From positions 96,001-160,000 of IMG/VR virus record IMGVR_UViG_3300044730_002015: 64,000 nt of DNA; one strand, 5' to 3'. The DNA comes from a virus. Position numbers and translations under genes: made by a program. Shown one piece after another: positions 8,513 to 18,483 of this stretch. Every line of letters starts with the position of its first letter. Position 1 is the first letter of the stretch. The notes beneath the pieces were generated by a model, which searched no databases, was not told where the DNA came from, and was given only the letters and a program-made list of their open reading frames with translations.

Positions 8513-10906
8513 CTATTCCAGATCAATGTCGCCTTGACCCGTGGTATAATTTATAAAATCCAAGTTTCCTGCAGCAATTGGCACAGCATCTAGGTAGGCC
8601 ACATAGTTGCCACCACCTTGTAAACTGGTGTAATTTTCGTAATTGGGCAATGTGCTGTTGTTTTGCGTGGCAGATCCAACCATGGTCAGTTTATTTTGCT
8701 GTGCCGATGCCAGTAATCTAGAACGAGCAGTGCTTTGTGTCAATCCCGGATCAACCTGGGCCAAAAGACAGCAGATACCTGCTATCTGTGGACTGGCCAT
8801 GGAAGTACCGCTGAGTTTGTTTAAAAAGTAAGCATAACTGGTGGCCACAGATCTTGGATCTAACACACTGCCTTGATAATTTCTATAAGCTCCCATGATA
8901 GCACCGCCAGCGGCATAGATATCAACCCTGGGGCCTGTATGACTAAATCCTGCTTTGGTTTCTTGTATGGCAAAAAAATCGTTGGCAGCACGAAAAGCAA
9001 CATCAATGGCTCCCACACTGATCACACTGTTACCGGAGGTGGTATTGCCCGTGGCTGATGGTGTGGCACCACGCATATAAGCATTGGTAAATCCATCAGC
9101 GGTATCCACGGTGTTGTTAAAATCTGTACCACCGGTCACATCTGTTTTATAGCTGTAATTGCCTGCCGATGACACAATCACAGCGCCGGCGTTGGTGGCA
9201 TCCATGACATCACTGTCAACAGCGGAGTTTCGCGAAGGATAAGTGGTGTTGACCAATCCATATTGGGGGACTCTTACCGCACCAGTTCCTGTATTGACTG
9301 CTGCACTGTTTATGCCACGGTAATTTAATCTTGTGACTCGTGTGCTGGAGGATTGAGCATGATAGTAATTGAAACTAAGGTTACATACCGTGGCACGACC
9401 ATTGGCTTTGGTAGTATGGAACAAGCGTATCAACTGTGCAAATTTTTCAAAAGGTATAGCACCCAGTGTTGAGCCCGTGGTGATATCTATACCAGACCAA
9501 AGTCTAATGGAATATATGTCAGCAGACTTGGCCCAGCCCTGGCTTTTGCCAGCAGCTATACTGGCACAATGACTGCCGTGTCCGCCGCTGCCCGATGCCG
9601 GATCAGGATTCATGGCATCGCCGAGATATCCCCCAATGCTGACGCTAGTGGGAACACCGGATACGCCCAAGGATGCCCAATCCATGGCCTGTACACGAGT
9701 GGCCGCTCCTGTGGCCATATAACTGCCCTGCGCGGCATAAAATGTATTGGCCACGCCGGTATTGGCAGTGGACCAGTTGACAGCGTCTGAACTGACTACC
9801 GCTGCGCCATTTTGCCCCAGGGCCAGACATTGACTGCCTACCGTGGTCACACAAAATAGATCAGCCACTGTGGCGCTGGTTCTCACAGTCCAGGTACTGC
9901 CATTGTTGGTGCTGGTCAAGATACAACCACCGCGACCTACTGCTATCAGGGTCGAACCAATGACGGTTATGTCATGCAAGCCACAGGTCACACCAGAAGT
10001 TTGTCTGGTCCAGGAAGTACCATCATTGGTGCTGACTATGATAGTACCATTATCGCCAACAGCAAAAAATCTACTGTTAATATAACGCACACGATTTAGA
10101 TTATAATTCAAAGGAATATCAAATGCAGTGGTGATCTGCTGCCAGGTGGAACCATTGAATCTCAGGATCAGTGCTGTGGGCGCAATGATATTATTATAAT
10201 TAAATCTGCGAAAACTATATCCTGGTGTGCCCACTGCTACCAAAGCGGTGCTGCTGGCCGCTGCACCGCGCAATTGTTTAACAGCATAATTGTTATCTGT
10301 ACCATAAGGCGTGACATCACTCCAGACCTGGCCAGTGGTGCTGGTTAAAACTTTTACGCCGGGACCGCGGGGCACAGGTGCTTGCGAAGTGTCACTGCTG
10401 TAAAATCCACCCACTGCATACAGGCGATTTTGAAACACAGTGACGTCAGACAGCATATAATCTTTGGCATTTTGTATCATGAGATTATTAAATCTTATTT
10501 CTCCATGATCACCCACTGTCACTGTGTTATTATTGTATCTAATGATGCCGCGGAAACTGTTGAGAGTAGACACAGCGGATTCAGCAAAGGCAGCGCCATC
10601 GTAAGTGACCAGGCTGCTGTCGCTGTTTTTTATAAATTCTGGATGATAAGCGTCTACACCAGTGTCGGCGATTAAAAAATCCACGCCTGTGCCATCCAAT
10701 TGATAGCTGTATTCACCGGGTATGACAAATCCCGAGTTGGGCTGTTGTGGCCAAGGCCAGGGATTATCTTTAAGTATGTGGCGAAGCAGTCCCCAATTGA
10801 TGTCAGTGGCAGTGACATTCTGATTTTGCCGATCAAAATTATCAGTTTGTTCAACAGATTGAGGATCAGGACGACTGAATAATCCTGGTTGTGAATTAGT
10901 GGTCAT
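8513..10906 (-). CDS. Subtilisin-like (S8) serine protease with inserted beta-propeller
   Basis: IADTG (Asp), GHGSHCAS (His), SAGN (oxyanion Asn), SGTSMASP (Ser); SxDGxxW/BNR-like repeats between Asp and His; ATG at 10906 overlaps the upstream TGA. Confidence 0.85.
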   Translation of the reverse strand: MTTNSQPGLFSRPDPQSVEQTDNFDRQNQNVTATDINWGLLRHILKDNPWPWPQQPNSGFVIPGEYSYQLDGTGVDFLIADTGVDAYHPEFIKNSDSSLVTYDGAAFAESAVSTLNSFRGIIRYNNNTVTVGDHGEIRFNNLMIQNAKDYMLSDVTVFQNRLYAVGGFYSSDTSQAPVPRGPGVKVLTSTTGQVWSDVTPYGTDNNYAVKQLRGAAASSTALVAVGTPGYSFRRFNYNNIIAPTALILRFNGSTWQQITTAFDIPLNYNLNRVRYINSRFFAVGDNGTIIVSTNDGTSWTRQTSGVTCGLHDITVIGSTLIAVGRGGCILTSTNNGSTWTVRTSATVADLFCVTTVGSQCLALGQNGAAVVSSDAVNWSTANTGVANTFYAAQGSYMATGAATRVQAMDWASLGVSGVPTSVSIGGYLGDAMNPDPASGSGGHGSHCASIAAGKSQGWAKSADIYSIRLWSGIDITTGSTLGAIPFEKFAQLIRLFHTTKANGRATVCNLSFNYYHAQSSSTRVTRLNYRGINSAAVNTGTGAVRVPQYGLVNTTYPSRNSAVDSDVMDATNAGAVIVSSAGNYSYKTDVTGGTDFNNTVDTADGFTNAYMRGATPSATGNTTSGNSVISVGAIDVAFRAANDFFAIQETKAGFSHTGPRVDIYAAGGAIMGAYRNYQGSVLDPRSVATSYAYFLNKLSGTSMASPQIAGICCLLAQVDPGLTQSTARSRLLASAQQNKLTMVGSATQNNSTLPNYENYTSLQGGGNYVAYLDAVPIAAGNLDFINYTTGQGDIDLE

Positions 10907-11121
10907 TGGTGAAAAGGCGGTATTTCTATAATCAGTCCCGGCCAATCACTGGGGTGTGGCTGTACATCTGCTACTCTGGGATCTTTCAGCAGCTGATCTA
11001 CATCGGCCGTGGACACCAATATATTGGTAAGACTGCCAGGCTCTGTGTCAATGATACTGGGCAGTGTCATTAATAATTCTTGCTTGTCCTCTGGACTGCG
11101 GGCCGTGACATAATAACGCAT
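10903..11121 (-). CDS. Probable subtilase prodomain (I9-like) encoded as a separate ORF
   Basis: MRYYVT...QLLKDPRVADVQP resembles I9 propeptides (YIV...LxxDPxVxxVE); TAATG and ATGA overlaps on both sides. Confidence 0.6.
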   Translation of the reverse strand: MRYYVTARSPEDKQELLMTLPSIIDTEPGSLTNILVSTADVDQLLKDPRVADVQPHPSDWPGLIIEIPPFHQ

Positions 11122-13709
11122 TATACCGCCGTGCCATCAAAATATCTCCAGCTGCTGCCATTGTAATACGCTGGACGATTGGTAGAGCTGATGTAAATTA
11201 TCGCGCCGGCAGCAGCAGTTGGCAGTGCGCCAGTGGTATAAGATGCTAATTTTACCGGAGCGTTGGCTGTGATTTGATTTAAAGATCTGAGATTTAAATT
11301 GCCTACAGCAGTGATATTTAAATTGCCGCCGCCGGGTGCCGCACCTGTGCTGATGAAATTGTTGGCGGTAACTGTGCCCGTGAACGATGCTGCCACGCCT
11401 GTGATATTGGCATTGGCAGTGATGGTGCTGGCATACACAGCGCCGTAGTGTGCGCCTACCAAGGTGCCATTGATGCCACCTGACGCTGTGACAGTGGTGG
11501 CAGAAATCGTGGGCACAGACAGTGTGTTGCTGCTGCGATTGTAAGTGAAGTTGTTAGACGAACCCAATATTCCTGAATTGTTGTACTGGATCTGTGTATT
11601 GGATCCAGATGCTCCGCTGCCACCGCCTCCGCTGATGTTGGCCAATATGCTCTGACCATTGGCATATACAAACACGTCAGATACAAATCTGGCTGCTGTG
11701 ACATTGCCTGTGGCAGTGAGTTGCCCGCTGGTGTAGGTCAGGCCAGTGGCCGCGGCAAGATTGCTGCCGTCGGTGATCTGCAGTGTGTTGGCTGTGCCCT
11801 GCGCGGTACTGTAACGCAGTCCTGATCCTGTTCTCACAGCGCCTGTGATGGTGACATTGCCGGCAGTGATGTTGCCTGTGTAGGTGGGCAGATAAGCAGC
11901 CACGTTGGCGTTGCTGTAGTTGATGTTGGTTAGATTTGAACCATCGCCAATGAAATAAGCAGCCGAAACTGTGCCAGTGACATTGGCCTGTGCAGCGCCC
12001 ACGTTGCCGGCTGTTCTCAGTCCACCAGTGGCCGAAATCAAGTTGCTGGTAGACACAGGTACTACCAAACTGTTTAGTATGGTTGGCACATAGCCCTGTA
12101 CATCAATATTGCTGTAAGTGGCATTGACGGTAACTGTGCCCAGGCCCGTGGGCGGCGATATGGTCACTCCGGTTCCGGCCAAGATCTGATTGACATTGCC
12201 ACCTTGTATGGTGATGTTGCTGCCACCGCCGGTAAAGGGTGTGCCGTTGGCATAGTAATAATTGTCAGTGTGTATGCTGGTGGTGCGCACAGTACCGGTC
12301 ACAGTCAAAGTGTCAGTGACGTTGCTGCGATAGCTGAATACTGTGCCGCTGGCGATCACATTGCCAGCAGCGATATTGCCTGTGTAAGTGGGCAAATAAG
12401 CAGCCACATTGGCATTGGCATACTGCGTGGGCAGGCCTGTGAGTTGGCTGCCATTGCCCAGCACATATCCAGCTGACACATTGCCCGACACTGTGACATT
12501 GCCGGCTGCAACATTACCGGTGTAGACCAGCAAATAAGCAGCCACATTGGCATTGCCGTAGTTGTTGTTTAGGCCAGTTAAAAATGCTCCGTTGCCCAGC
12601 AAATAACTGCCGGCGATATTGGCCGTGGTGGTGACATTGCTGGTCAAGCCAGTGAGATAATTGGCTACGTTGGCATTGCTGTAGTTGATGGTCACACCAG
12701 TGAGCAATGCTCCGTTGCCCAGGAAATACAGCGCCTGCACATTGCTGGTATTGTTGGGCAATACCACGCCAAATCTTGCATCTACGTTGGCATCACCGTA
12801 GTTGCTGGTCAGCGTGACCATGCCTTGCCCGGTGCTGGGCGTGACCACGATCTGGCTGTTGCCCGAAGTGATTTGTGTAACACCTATGTTGGCAGTGACA
12901 TTGCCATTGCCGCCAAAATTGATCAGATTACCATTTTGATCATAATATGCCGCGGCTCTGATGCCTTGTGTGACGATACTGGTGGCAGTCAATGCTGTGT
13001 TGGCCAGGATATAGTTAAATTGCGCACTGGCTCCTGTTATAAGATTCACGCCTTTGATGGTATTGACTGTGAGATTATTGACGTTTTGTATGCTGGTGGG
13101 ATTCAATGTGCCAGAATATGTAGGCAGATAATTGGCCACATTTTGATTATTGTAACTGCTGACAATGCTGGTGCCATTGGGATATAGATAATTGGCAGCG
13201 GTAACAGTGGTGGCAGTCACTGCCGGCACAGTCATAAGACCAGTGCCGGGATTGTAGGTCAGGCTGGCATTGGCTGACAGCGCGGTATTGATATTGTATT
13301 GTATCTGATAGTTGCCGCCCGCGGCCTGCACCGCGGCACTGGCATAGGTCCAGTACAGTTGTCCGTTGCCACGTGTGGCTAAAAACTGGCCATTTAATCC
13401 GCCTTGTATGCTCACATAGGCATTGCTGGGCAATATCACGCGGCCCGTGCCCCTGGGAGCTATCTGTATGTTGCCATTGGTTCTGCTGGTGCTGCTGATA
13501 AGACTGGTGTTGTTGCTGGCACTCCAGGTCATGGCCAGATTTGAATCTGTGTTGGCTGTTCTACTGGTTATGACCAGCGCTGTGCCGTTGATGGGGCCTA
13601 CATTGGCCAGTTTACGGAAATTGTCGTTGACTTTTTGCAGTGCGGTGCGTAATGGATCACCGTCGCTGGCATTGGCTCGTGTTCCTACATTGATCAGTTG
13701 GAATGGCAT
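11121..13709 (-). CDS. Tail fibre with gp9/gp10-like N-terminus
   Basis: INVGTRANASDGDPLRTALQKVNDNF motif; repeated YxNANVAAYLPTYTGNI units. Confidence 0.8.
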   Translation of the reverse strand: MPFQLINVGTRANASDGDPLRTALQKVNDNFRKLANVGPINGTALVITSRTANTDSNLAMTWSASNNTSLISSTSRTNGNIQIAPRGTGRVILPSNAYVSIQGGLNGQFLATRGNGQLYWTYASAAVQAAGGNYQIQYNINTALSANASLTYNPGTGLMTVPAVTATTVTAANYLYPNGTSIVSSYNNQNVANYLPTYSGTLNPTSIQNVNNLTVNTIKGVNLITGASAQFNYILANTALTATSIVTQGIRAAAYYDQNGNLINFGGNGNVTANIGVTQITSGNSQIVVTPSTGQGMVTLTSNYGDANVDARFGVVLPNNTSNVQALYFLGNGALLTGVTINYSNANVANYLTGLTSNVTTTANIAGSYLLGNGAFLTGLNNNYGNANVAAYLLVYTGNVAAGNVTVSGNVSAGYVLGNGSQLTGLPTQYANANVAAYLPTYTGNIAAGNVIASGTVFSYRSNVTDTLTVTGTVRTTSIHTDNYYYANGTPFTGGGSNITIQGGNVNQILAGTGVTISPPTGLGTVTVNATYSNIDVQGYVPTILNSLVVPVSTSNLISATGGLRTAGNVGAAQANVTGTVSAAYFIGDGSNLTNINYSNANVAAYLPTYTGNITAGNVTITGAVRTGSGLRYSTAQGTANTLQITDGSNLAAATGLTYTSGQLTATGNVTAARFVSDVFVYANGQSILANISGGGGSGASGSNTQIQYNNSGILGSSNNFTYNRSSNTLSVPTISATTVTASGGINGTLVGAHYGAVYASTITANANITGVAASFTGTVTANNFISTGAAPGGGNLNITAVGNLNLRSLNQITANAPVKLASYTTGALPTAAAGAIIYISSTNRPAYYNGSSWRYFDGTAV

Positions 13710-13749
13710 ACTCTAAAGAATCCTTTAGAGTATTTAGCGGTTTTGGATT

Positions 13750-14061
13750 TTACACGCTAAAGGAACTGCCGCAGCCACAGGTGGTAGTGGCGTTGGGATT
13801 GATGATTTTGAATTCTGCACCCAACACAGATTCTGCATAGTCAATGGTGGCGCCCTGTAGATATTGCATACTCATTGAGTCTACCAACACACCATCTATG
13901 TTGTAGTCGTCCTCGGCTGTGTCTGCGTCAAAGGTAAATCCATACTGGAAGCCAGAGCAGCCGCCACCTTGCACAAAAGCACGTACCCGCAGTTTGTCAT
14001 CATTTTCTTCAGCCAGCAATTGTGTGATTTTGTTTCGGGCAGATTCCGTGATATTAATCAT
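13750..14061 (-). CDS. erpA: A-type Fe-S cluster carrier (ErpA/IscA)
   Basis: [11 protein letters not shown] and [14 protein letters not shown] motifs. Confidence 0.93.
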   Translation of the reverse strand: MINITESARNKITQLLAEENDDKLRVRAFVQGGGCSGFQYGFTFDADTAEDDYNIDGVLVDSMSMQYLQGATIDYAESVLGAEFKIINPNATTTCGCGSSFSV

Positions 14062-14617
14062 TTTGGTAGGCCTGTCCCCAGCGGGCATTGATCACATTCC
14101 AGTCAAATATTTTCCATATATTTGCGAGATATTGTTTTTTATCGCTTTGATAATCCAAGGCCCAGGCGTGTTCCCACCAGTCCACCAAGATTAAAATATC
14201 ATCGCGCACCTGGTGATTGGGTATGATTTTTATATCCCCAGATCTGGCCAGATAAACCCAGCCCGATCCCTGCACAGTCATGGCCTGTTTTTGGAATTGT
14301 TGTTTGAACTCCTCCCAGGATCCAAATTTAGCGTTGATCATGCTGCCAATGGGACCGTTGGGGCGATTGTTGTTGCGCGATTTTCTAAACTGTGGGAAAA
14401 ATAAATTGTGTAAAAAAGCACCAGCGTAGTTGAATTCCCTATCGCCTTCATCTTTATTGAATCGATCAGCATAGCCGTGGGCCAATTTGCCATAGTGATA
14501 TTCCATGGTCCGGGCACTCATAACGGGATTCAAATCCGAATCTGTGTAGGACAGTTCTACAATACCTATGTCCTGTGGTCGGCTTTTTTCTTCTAGTAAG
14601 GTGATTATTTCACGCAT
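14054..14617 (-). CDS. sod: Fe/Mn superoxide dismutase
   Basis: Metal ligands in YHYGK, FLHNLFF and DWWEHAW; QGSGW. Confidence 0.88.
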   Translation of the reverse strand: MREIITLLEEKSRPQDIGIVELSYTDSDLNPVMSARTMEYHYGKLAHGYADRFNKDEGDREFNYAGAFLHNLFFPQFRKSRNNNRPNGPIGSMINAKFGSWEEFKQQFQKQAMTVQGSGWVYLARSGDIKIIPNHQVRDDILILVDWWEHAWALDYQSDKKQYLANIWKIFDWNVINARWGQAYQND

Positions 14618-14622
14618 GACTC

Positions 14623-14628
14623 TATTTA
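14623..14628 (-). promoter_or_regulatory. T4-late-like TAAATA box, representative (also 3887, 4087, 13731, 22739, 33620, 41664, 53983, 59644)
   Basis: Recurrent TAAATA just upstream of gene starts; resembles the T4 gp55 consensus TATAAATA. Confidence 0.7.
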
Positions 14629-14629
14629 T

Positions 14630-14845
14630 TTAAAGTCTGCGTGTGACTCTGCCCTTGGTTAAATCGTAGGGTGAAAATTCCACTTCCACGCGATCGCCTG
14701 CCAGCACCTTGATGTTGTACTGGCGCATTTTTCCTGAAATATGTGCTGTGATTTCCGCGCCCTGGTCCAGGCGCACACGGAACATGGCATTGCGTAATAC
14801 TTCGGTGACTTGCCCTTCTAGTGTAAGCGAGTCTTCTTTACTCAT
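14630..14845 (-). CDS. infA: Translation initiation factor IF-1
   Basis: MSKED...[30 protein letters not shown]. Confidence 0.96.
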   Translation of the reverse strand: MSKEDSLTLEGQVTEVLRNAMFRVRLDQGAEITAHISGKMRQYNIKVLAGDRVEVEFSPYDLTKGRVTRRL

Positions 14846-15003
14846 AAAAATTAATGATTTTCATTGGTTTTATCTAAGATCTCCATGATACTTCTCACCA
14901 CTACGTATATGGCTGGCATTCCCACTGCTGTGGCTACTGCTACTAACAAGAACACGTCATTCATGATTGCTCTCCTAGTGTGTGTTACTTATTTACGGTT
15001 TTG

Positions 15004-15822
15004 CTAGACTTCAATTAACTTTGGTTGCCACTGATCAGCACGGGCTTCGTAGCCCACATAGCCACGTGGGTTACACACGATCCTGGTACGCCCAATTTCA
15101 TAGTCAAAATCCTCGTGGGTGTGCCCGTGGGTCCACAGGCAGATTTCTGGACGGTCTAAAATGAATCCGTCCAGGTGAGAACTGTAACAGCCGTTCATGA
15201 GCACTTCGTTTTGATAACGAGCGTGTGTGCTTTGTCTGCTGGGCGAGTGGTGCCCTACCACGATCACACGATCTGAATGCTCTCCCCGGGCTCTGCGATC
15301 GTCAATGGTTTCTTTAATATATTTCAACATGGCTTCATGATCAGCCAGTGCATCCTGGGGCAGGAATCTCCAGGAGCCACCTGCTGCTCCATTGGCAGAA
15401 TGTTTCACACCTTTGAAATCGTGCATCATGCTGCCAGCAGCAGTCAAGGTCAAGGGATCGTTGCCGTTGAAATCAGTCCATAAGGTACCACCAATAAACA
15501 CATAGTCATCGATCTCAACTGACTGCTTGTCCAACACATGGAAGTTGTCATAGTCTGCCACTGCGGCACGGATGATGTCTGTGCTTTTGCAGAAGTCACC
15601 GTGATAGTGTTCGTGATTGCCCAGGATCATGACCACCTGGGGGAACAGGTTGTGGCACCTGTGCAGGAATGCCTGGCTCAACACACCGCGTGGATTCATG
15701 GTTTCTATATCTCTAGCCACCAGGATATCGCCCGACAGGATCAGCACATCTACATCGTGACGATTTTCAAGATCCAGATCACCAAATTCTAGATGGAGAT
15801 CGCTGGTAACATACAATTTCAT
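15004..15822 (-). CDS. Calcineurin-like metallophosphoesterase
   Basis: SDLHLE, GD, GNHE, HH, HGHTH, NPRGY motifs. Confidence 0.9.
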   Translation of the reverse strand: MKLYVTSDLHLEFGDLDLENRHDVDVLILSGDILVARDIETMNPRGVLSQAFLHRCHNLFPQVVMILGNHEHYHGDFCKSTDIIRAAVADYDNFHVLDKQSVEIDDYVFIGGTLWTDFNGNDPLTLTAAGSMMHDFKGVKHSANGAAGGSWRFLPQDALADHEAMLKYIKETIDDRRARGEHSDRVIVVGHHSPSRQSTHARYQNEVLMNGCYSSHLDGFILDRPEICLWTHGHTHEDFDYEIGRTRIVCNPRGYVGYEARADQWQPKLIEV

Positions 15823-16214
15823 TATCGTCTCATGTGTGCTATGTCAATGGCTTCATCGTCGGTGAATATAGGCACAGCATTGGATTTGTGCAAGGTACCA
15901 ATGCCTTTGATCTTGGTGCCAGTATATACCTTGTCAGCAGGCCTAGCGGCCACTCCCACGGTATCGGCCTTGCTGGGTATGGCCTGCGGTTCACGTCCAG
16001 GTGGATATTGCGGTGACACTGATCGGGCGGGGGTTGCCGGTAATTTGCTGGTAGCGAACTGGGGAGCCAGTTTGGCCCACTCGGCGCGGCGCTGTTGCCA
16101 CTCGGCCTGCAGTTCGCGTTCTTGCTGTGCGGCCGCCGCCGAGGCATACTTGCGTCGTTTGGTACGCCACTTGCCCGTGGTGGTCAACCAGGGTCCTTCC
16201 AAGTGCATGGTCAT
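15822..16214 (-). CDS. Phage hypothetical protein
   Basis: C-terminal GIGTLHKSNAVP motif recalled from T4-like phages; coupled to neighbours. Confidence 0.6.
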   Translation of the reverse strand: MTMHLEGPWLTTTGKWRTKRRKYASAAAAQQERELQAEWQQRRAEWAKLAPQFATSKLPATPARSVSPQYPPGREPQAIPSKADTVGVAARPADKVYTGTKIKGIGTLHKSNAVPIFTDDEAIDIAHMRR

Positions 16215-16346
16215 CAGCGGTCTCCTTTGTGTCGCTTGGTGAAATCACACAGTGGGTGATAGCCCATGTTGTAGCAGGCACAATGCCTGCCTAAAATCCA
16301 GCGGGCCAGGGCTAATCTTAATTTGATCATTTTTGAAGTCCAGATG

Positions 16347-16562
16347 TTATTTGGCTTTCCAATTTGATTCGCACACAAATTTAGTGGAAGACTTGTATGG
16401 CCAATCACTGCTCAGCATAAACTGCTGACGGATCTGGGCAGTGTTTTCGCAGTCGGCCTGATGGCGCATCTGGTAAGTTGTACCCGGACCATAGAGCACT
16501 TGCCGTTGCGTGGGCGCATCAGGCGCAGTCCACCAAACCATTACCACTATCCATTCTATCAC
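16347..16562 (-). CDS. Small hypothetical protein
   Basis: AGGAGG RBS and sigma70 promoter upstream. Confidence 0.55.
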   Translation of the reverse strand: MIEWIVVMVWWTAPDAPTQRQVLYGPGTTYQMRHQADCENTAQIRQQFMLSSDWPYKSSTKFVCESNWKAK

Positions 16563-16651
16563 GGCAGTTTCCGCCTCCTTTGATTTGCGATTTTATTAGT
16601 ATAGCACAACGGGATTTTTTGGTCAAGTCTAAGACCCTGATGGGGGCAGGG

Positions 16652-17092
16652 TTATTTGGGCAGTTCAACGGGGGTATTTTTTAACTTTTCCAGCACGGTT
16701 AATTTTTGCTTCACGTGCTCGTAGTGCTCGCGGGCCTGGCGCAGTTCTTCATACTCACGTTCCAGTTTCACATCGGGTACCAAGATGGCCAATCTATCTG
16801 CGATTTCTTTCAGTGTTTGTTTTAGACTCACATCACCAAGCTTGATGTCCGCGCCATCCTCCAGTTGGATGTCGTGTGTTCTCGAGGTATAGTCATTGGA
16901 TATGGTCCACTGACCTGGATTATAGGAATAGCCAGGACCAGTGTAGCCGATACCCGAGTGACTAAATCCGTGTCCCAAGGATATGCTGGGCATTGGCGTA
17001 GAGCTTAGCGCACCAATGTCCGAGACTGATAAATTGGCAAGATCGTCTATTTCGAATTCAGTGTATCCGTGGTAAGGGTTTTTATCTTCCAC
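16652..17092 (-). CDS. Hypothetical protein with C-terminal coiled coil
   Basis: GTG at 17092 after AGGA; hairpin immediately downstream. Confidence 0.55.
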   Translation of the reverse strand: MEDKNPYHGYTEFEIDDLANLSVSDIGALSSTPMPSISLGHGFSHSGIGYTGPGYSYNPGQWTISNDYTSRTHDIQLEDGADIKLGDVSLKQTLKEIADRLAILVPDVKLEREYEELRQAREHYEHVKQKLTVLEKLKNTPVELPK

Positions 17093-17094
17093 TG

Positions 17095-17292
17095 TTAGTC
17101 CTGGGAGTCGGTGTCGGGCTGATTGGGGTGTATCACTATGGCGCCATTTTTTTCCACGCGGTGCTGGAACTGGCCTTGCTTCAATTTCATCCAACTCTTT
17201 ATCTGCTCGGGCATTTCTGCCAGCAAATTGGCACTGTCCGTGACATCTCTGGCCAGACCAGTGGTGAACTTTCTCCGGGGTTGATCTGTCAT
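17095..17292 (-). CDS. Small hypothetical protein (MTDQPRRKF...)
   Basis: ATGA overlap with the BI-1 gene stop. Confidence 0.5.
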   Translation of the reverse strand: MTDQPRRKFTTGLARDVTDSANLLAEMPEQIKSWMKLKQGQFQHRVEKNGAIVIHPNQPDTDSQD

Positions 17293-17960
17293 TCGCGATT
17301 GCCCAACAGTTGTACGAGATTCACAAAGATATTGATGTAGTTGATAAACAAGCTCAAGGCTCCGATAACGATGATACGATCTTCTAGGTCGCTGTCGCTG
17401 GCCCAAAGTTGATTGCGGATCTGTTGCATATCGTAGGCAGTCAAGCCCAGGAATATGCCCACTGCCAAAACATTGATAATGGTCTGTAGCAGTGAACTGC
17501 CAAACCAAATGTTGAACAGGCCAATCAAGATCAAGGCTATCACACCTGCAAACAAGAAGCCACCCATGCTGGTGAGATCACGTCGAGTAAAATATCCCCA
17601 ACCTGCCAAGGCACCAAAACTCACAGTGGTGATCAACAGACTCTGCACGATACTGGCAGCGGTAAACACTGAAAAAATCAAACTCAAACTTATACCAAAA
17701 CTCACAGCAAACGCCCAGAAACTGTATTTCAGTTGTGCTGTGGTCAGTTGTTCCATACGGAACATCAAAAACAAACTCAGGATCAAGGGCATGAATATCA
17801 CGATGTAGCCCAAGATGCCTGTGAATATGGCCTGTGCCAATCCTGGCACTGCCGCGATGCCCGCAGCCATGAGCATGGTCACTGCCAGACCTTGTGTGAG
17901 TTGTTTCAAGACCTGAAGTAATTTGGTGTTAAGGGCCTCTGCGGCCATGGCGATTTGCAT
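17289..17960 (-). CDS. Bax inhibitor-1/YccA family membrane protein
   Basis: About 7 TM segments; TRRDLTSMG, GLTAYDMQQI, GALSLFINYINIF motifs. Confidence 0.88.
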   Translation of the reverse strand: MQIAMAAEALNTKLLQVLKQLTQGLAVTMLMAAGIAAVPGLAQAIFTGILGYIVIFMPLILSLFLMFRMEQLTTAQLKYSFWAFAVSFGISLSLIFSVFTAASIVQSLLITTVSFGALAGWGYFTRRDLTSMGGFLFAGVIALILIGLFNIWFGSSLLQTIINVLAVGIFLGLTAYDMQQIRNQLWASDSDLEDRIIVIGALSLFINYINIFVNLVQLLGNRE

Positions 17961-18022
17961 GGTGTGTTTCTCCGGTTACGATAATAATAATTTATGCGAA
18001 CTTGCTAGAGATGTCAACGTTT

Positions 18023-18244
18023 TTAGGCGTTATTAATGTGTCTTTTGTTCCAACTGTCCCACACTGTGACAGTTTCCCAACTGTGTGGCCAAGTCATCTG
18101 GAACTTGGCAAGACTGTGGTCATCCAAGAGCCCCAGACGGTTGCCTTGGATGGTGTGTTTGACTCGGTTACTGTTGGCCCAATTTTTGAGTTTTTGGGCG
18201 GCATCAGTACCTCGTGCTATCACGAGATACATGGGTTCTGTCAT
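18023..18244 (-). CDS. Hypothetical protein
   Basis: ORF tightly packed with neighbours. Confidence 0.5.
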   Translation of the reverse strand: MTEPMYLVIARGTDAAQKLKNWANSNRVKHTIQGNRLGLLDDHSLAKFQMTWPHSWETVTVWDSWNKRHINNA

Positions 18245-18464
18245 TTAATGTAGATAAGGTTGTTGTTCTAGTTGATCCAGTGTTTCGGAATCGATGGCCA
18301 CAGTTTCTTGATCAAACTCTTGTGCCAGGGATTCTGGCACTCCAATCAATCTCAGTAAACTGCCCATATGTATGGTTTCAACTTCTAGTTCGACCAGGGT
18401 ACCAAGCACAGCCGCAAATCTTGTGAGTTGCTCTTCGGTAAGGTCGTAATCCTTGAGATGTGGC
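18245..18464 (-). CDS. Hypothetical protein (start uncertain)
   Basis: ORF track entry; the longer start would run through a terminator. Confidence 0.4.
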
Positions 18465-18483
18465 ACACTTTTATTTAGCCAAC

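Noticed and set aside
11860-12700. Spaced DNA repeats as a CRISPR array or DGR template/variable pair
   Set aside because: In-frame protein repeats with synonymous variation; no cas or reverse transcriptase gene in the window and no adenine-specific mismatch pattern noticed
531-13716. Many plus-strand and alternate-frame ORFs over the fibre genes
   Set aside because: Shadows of long minus-strand genes with biased codons; no RBS or motifs
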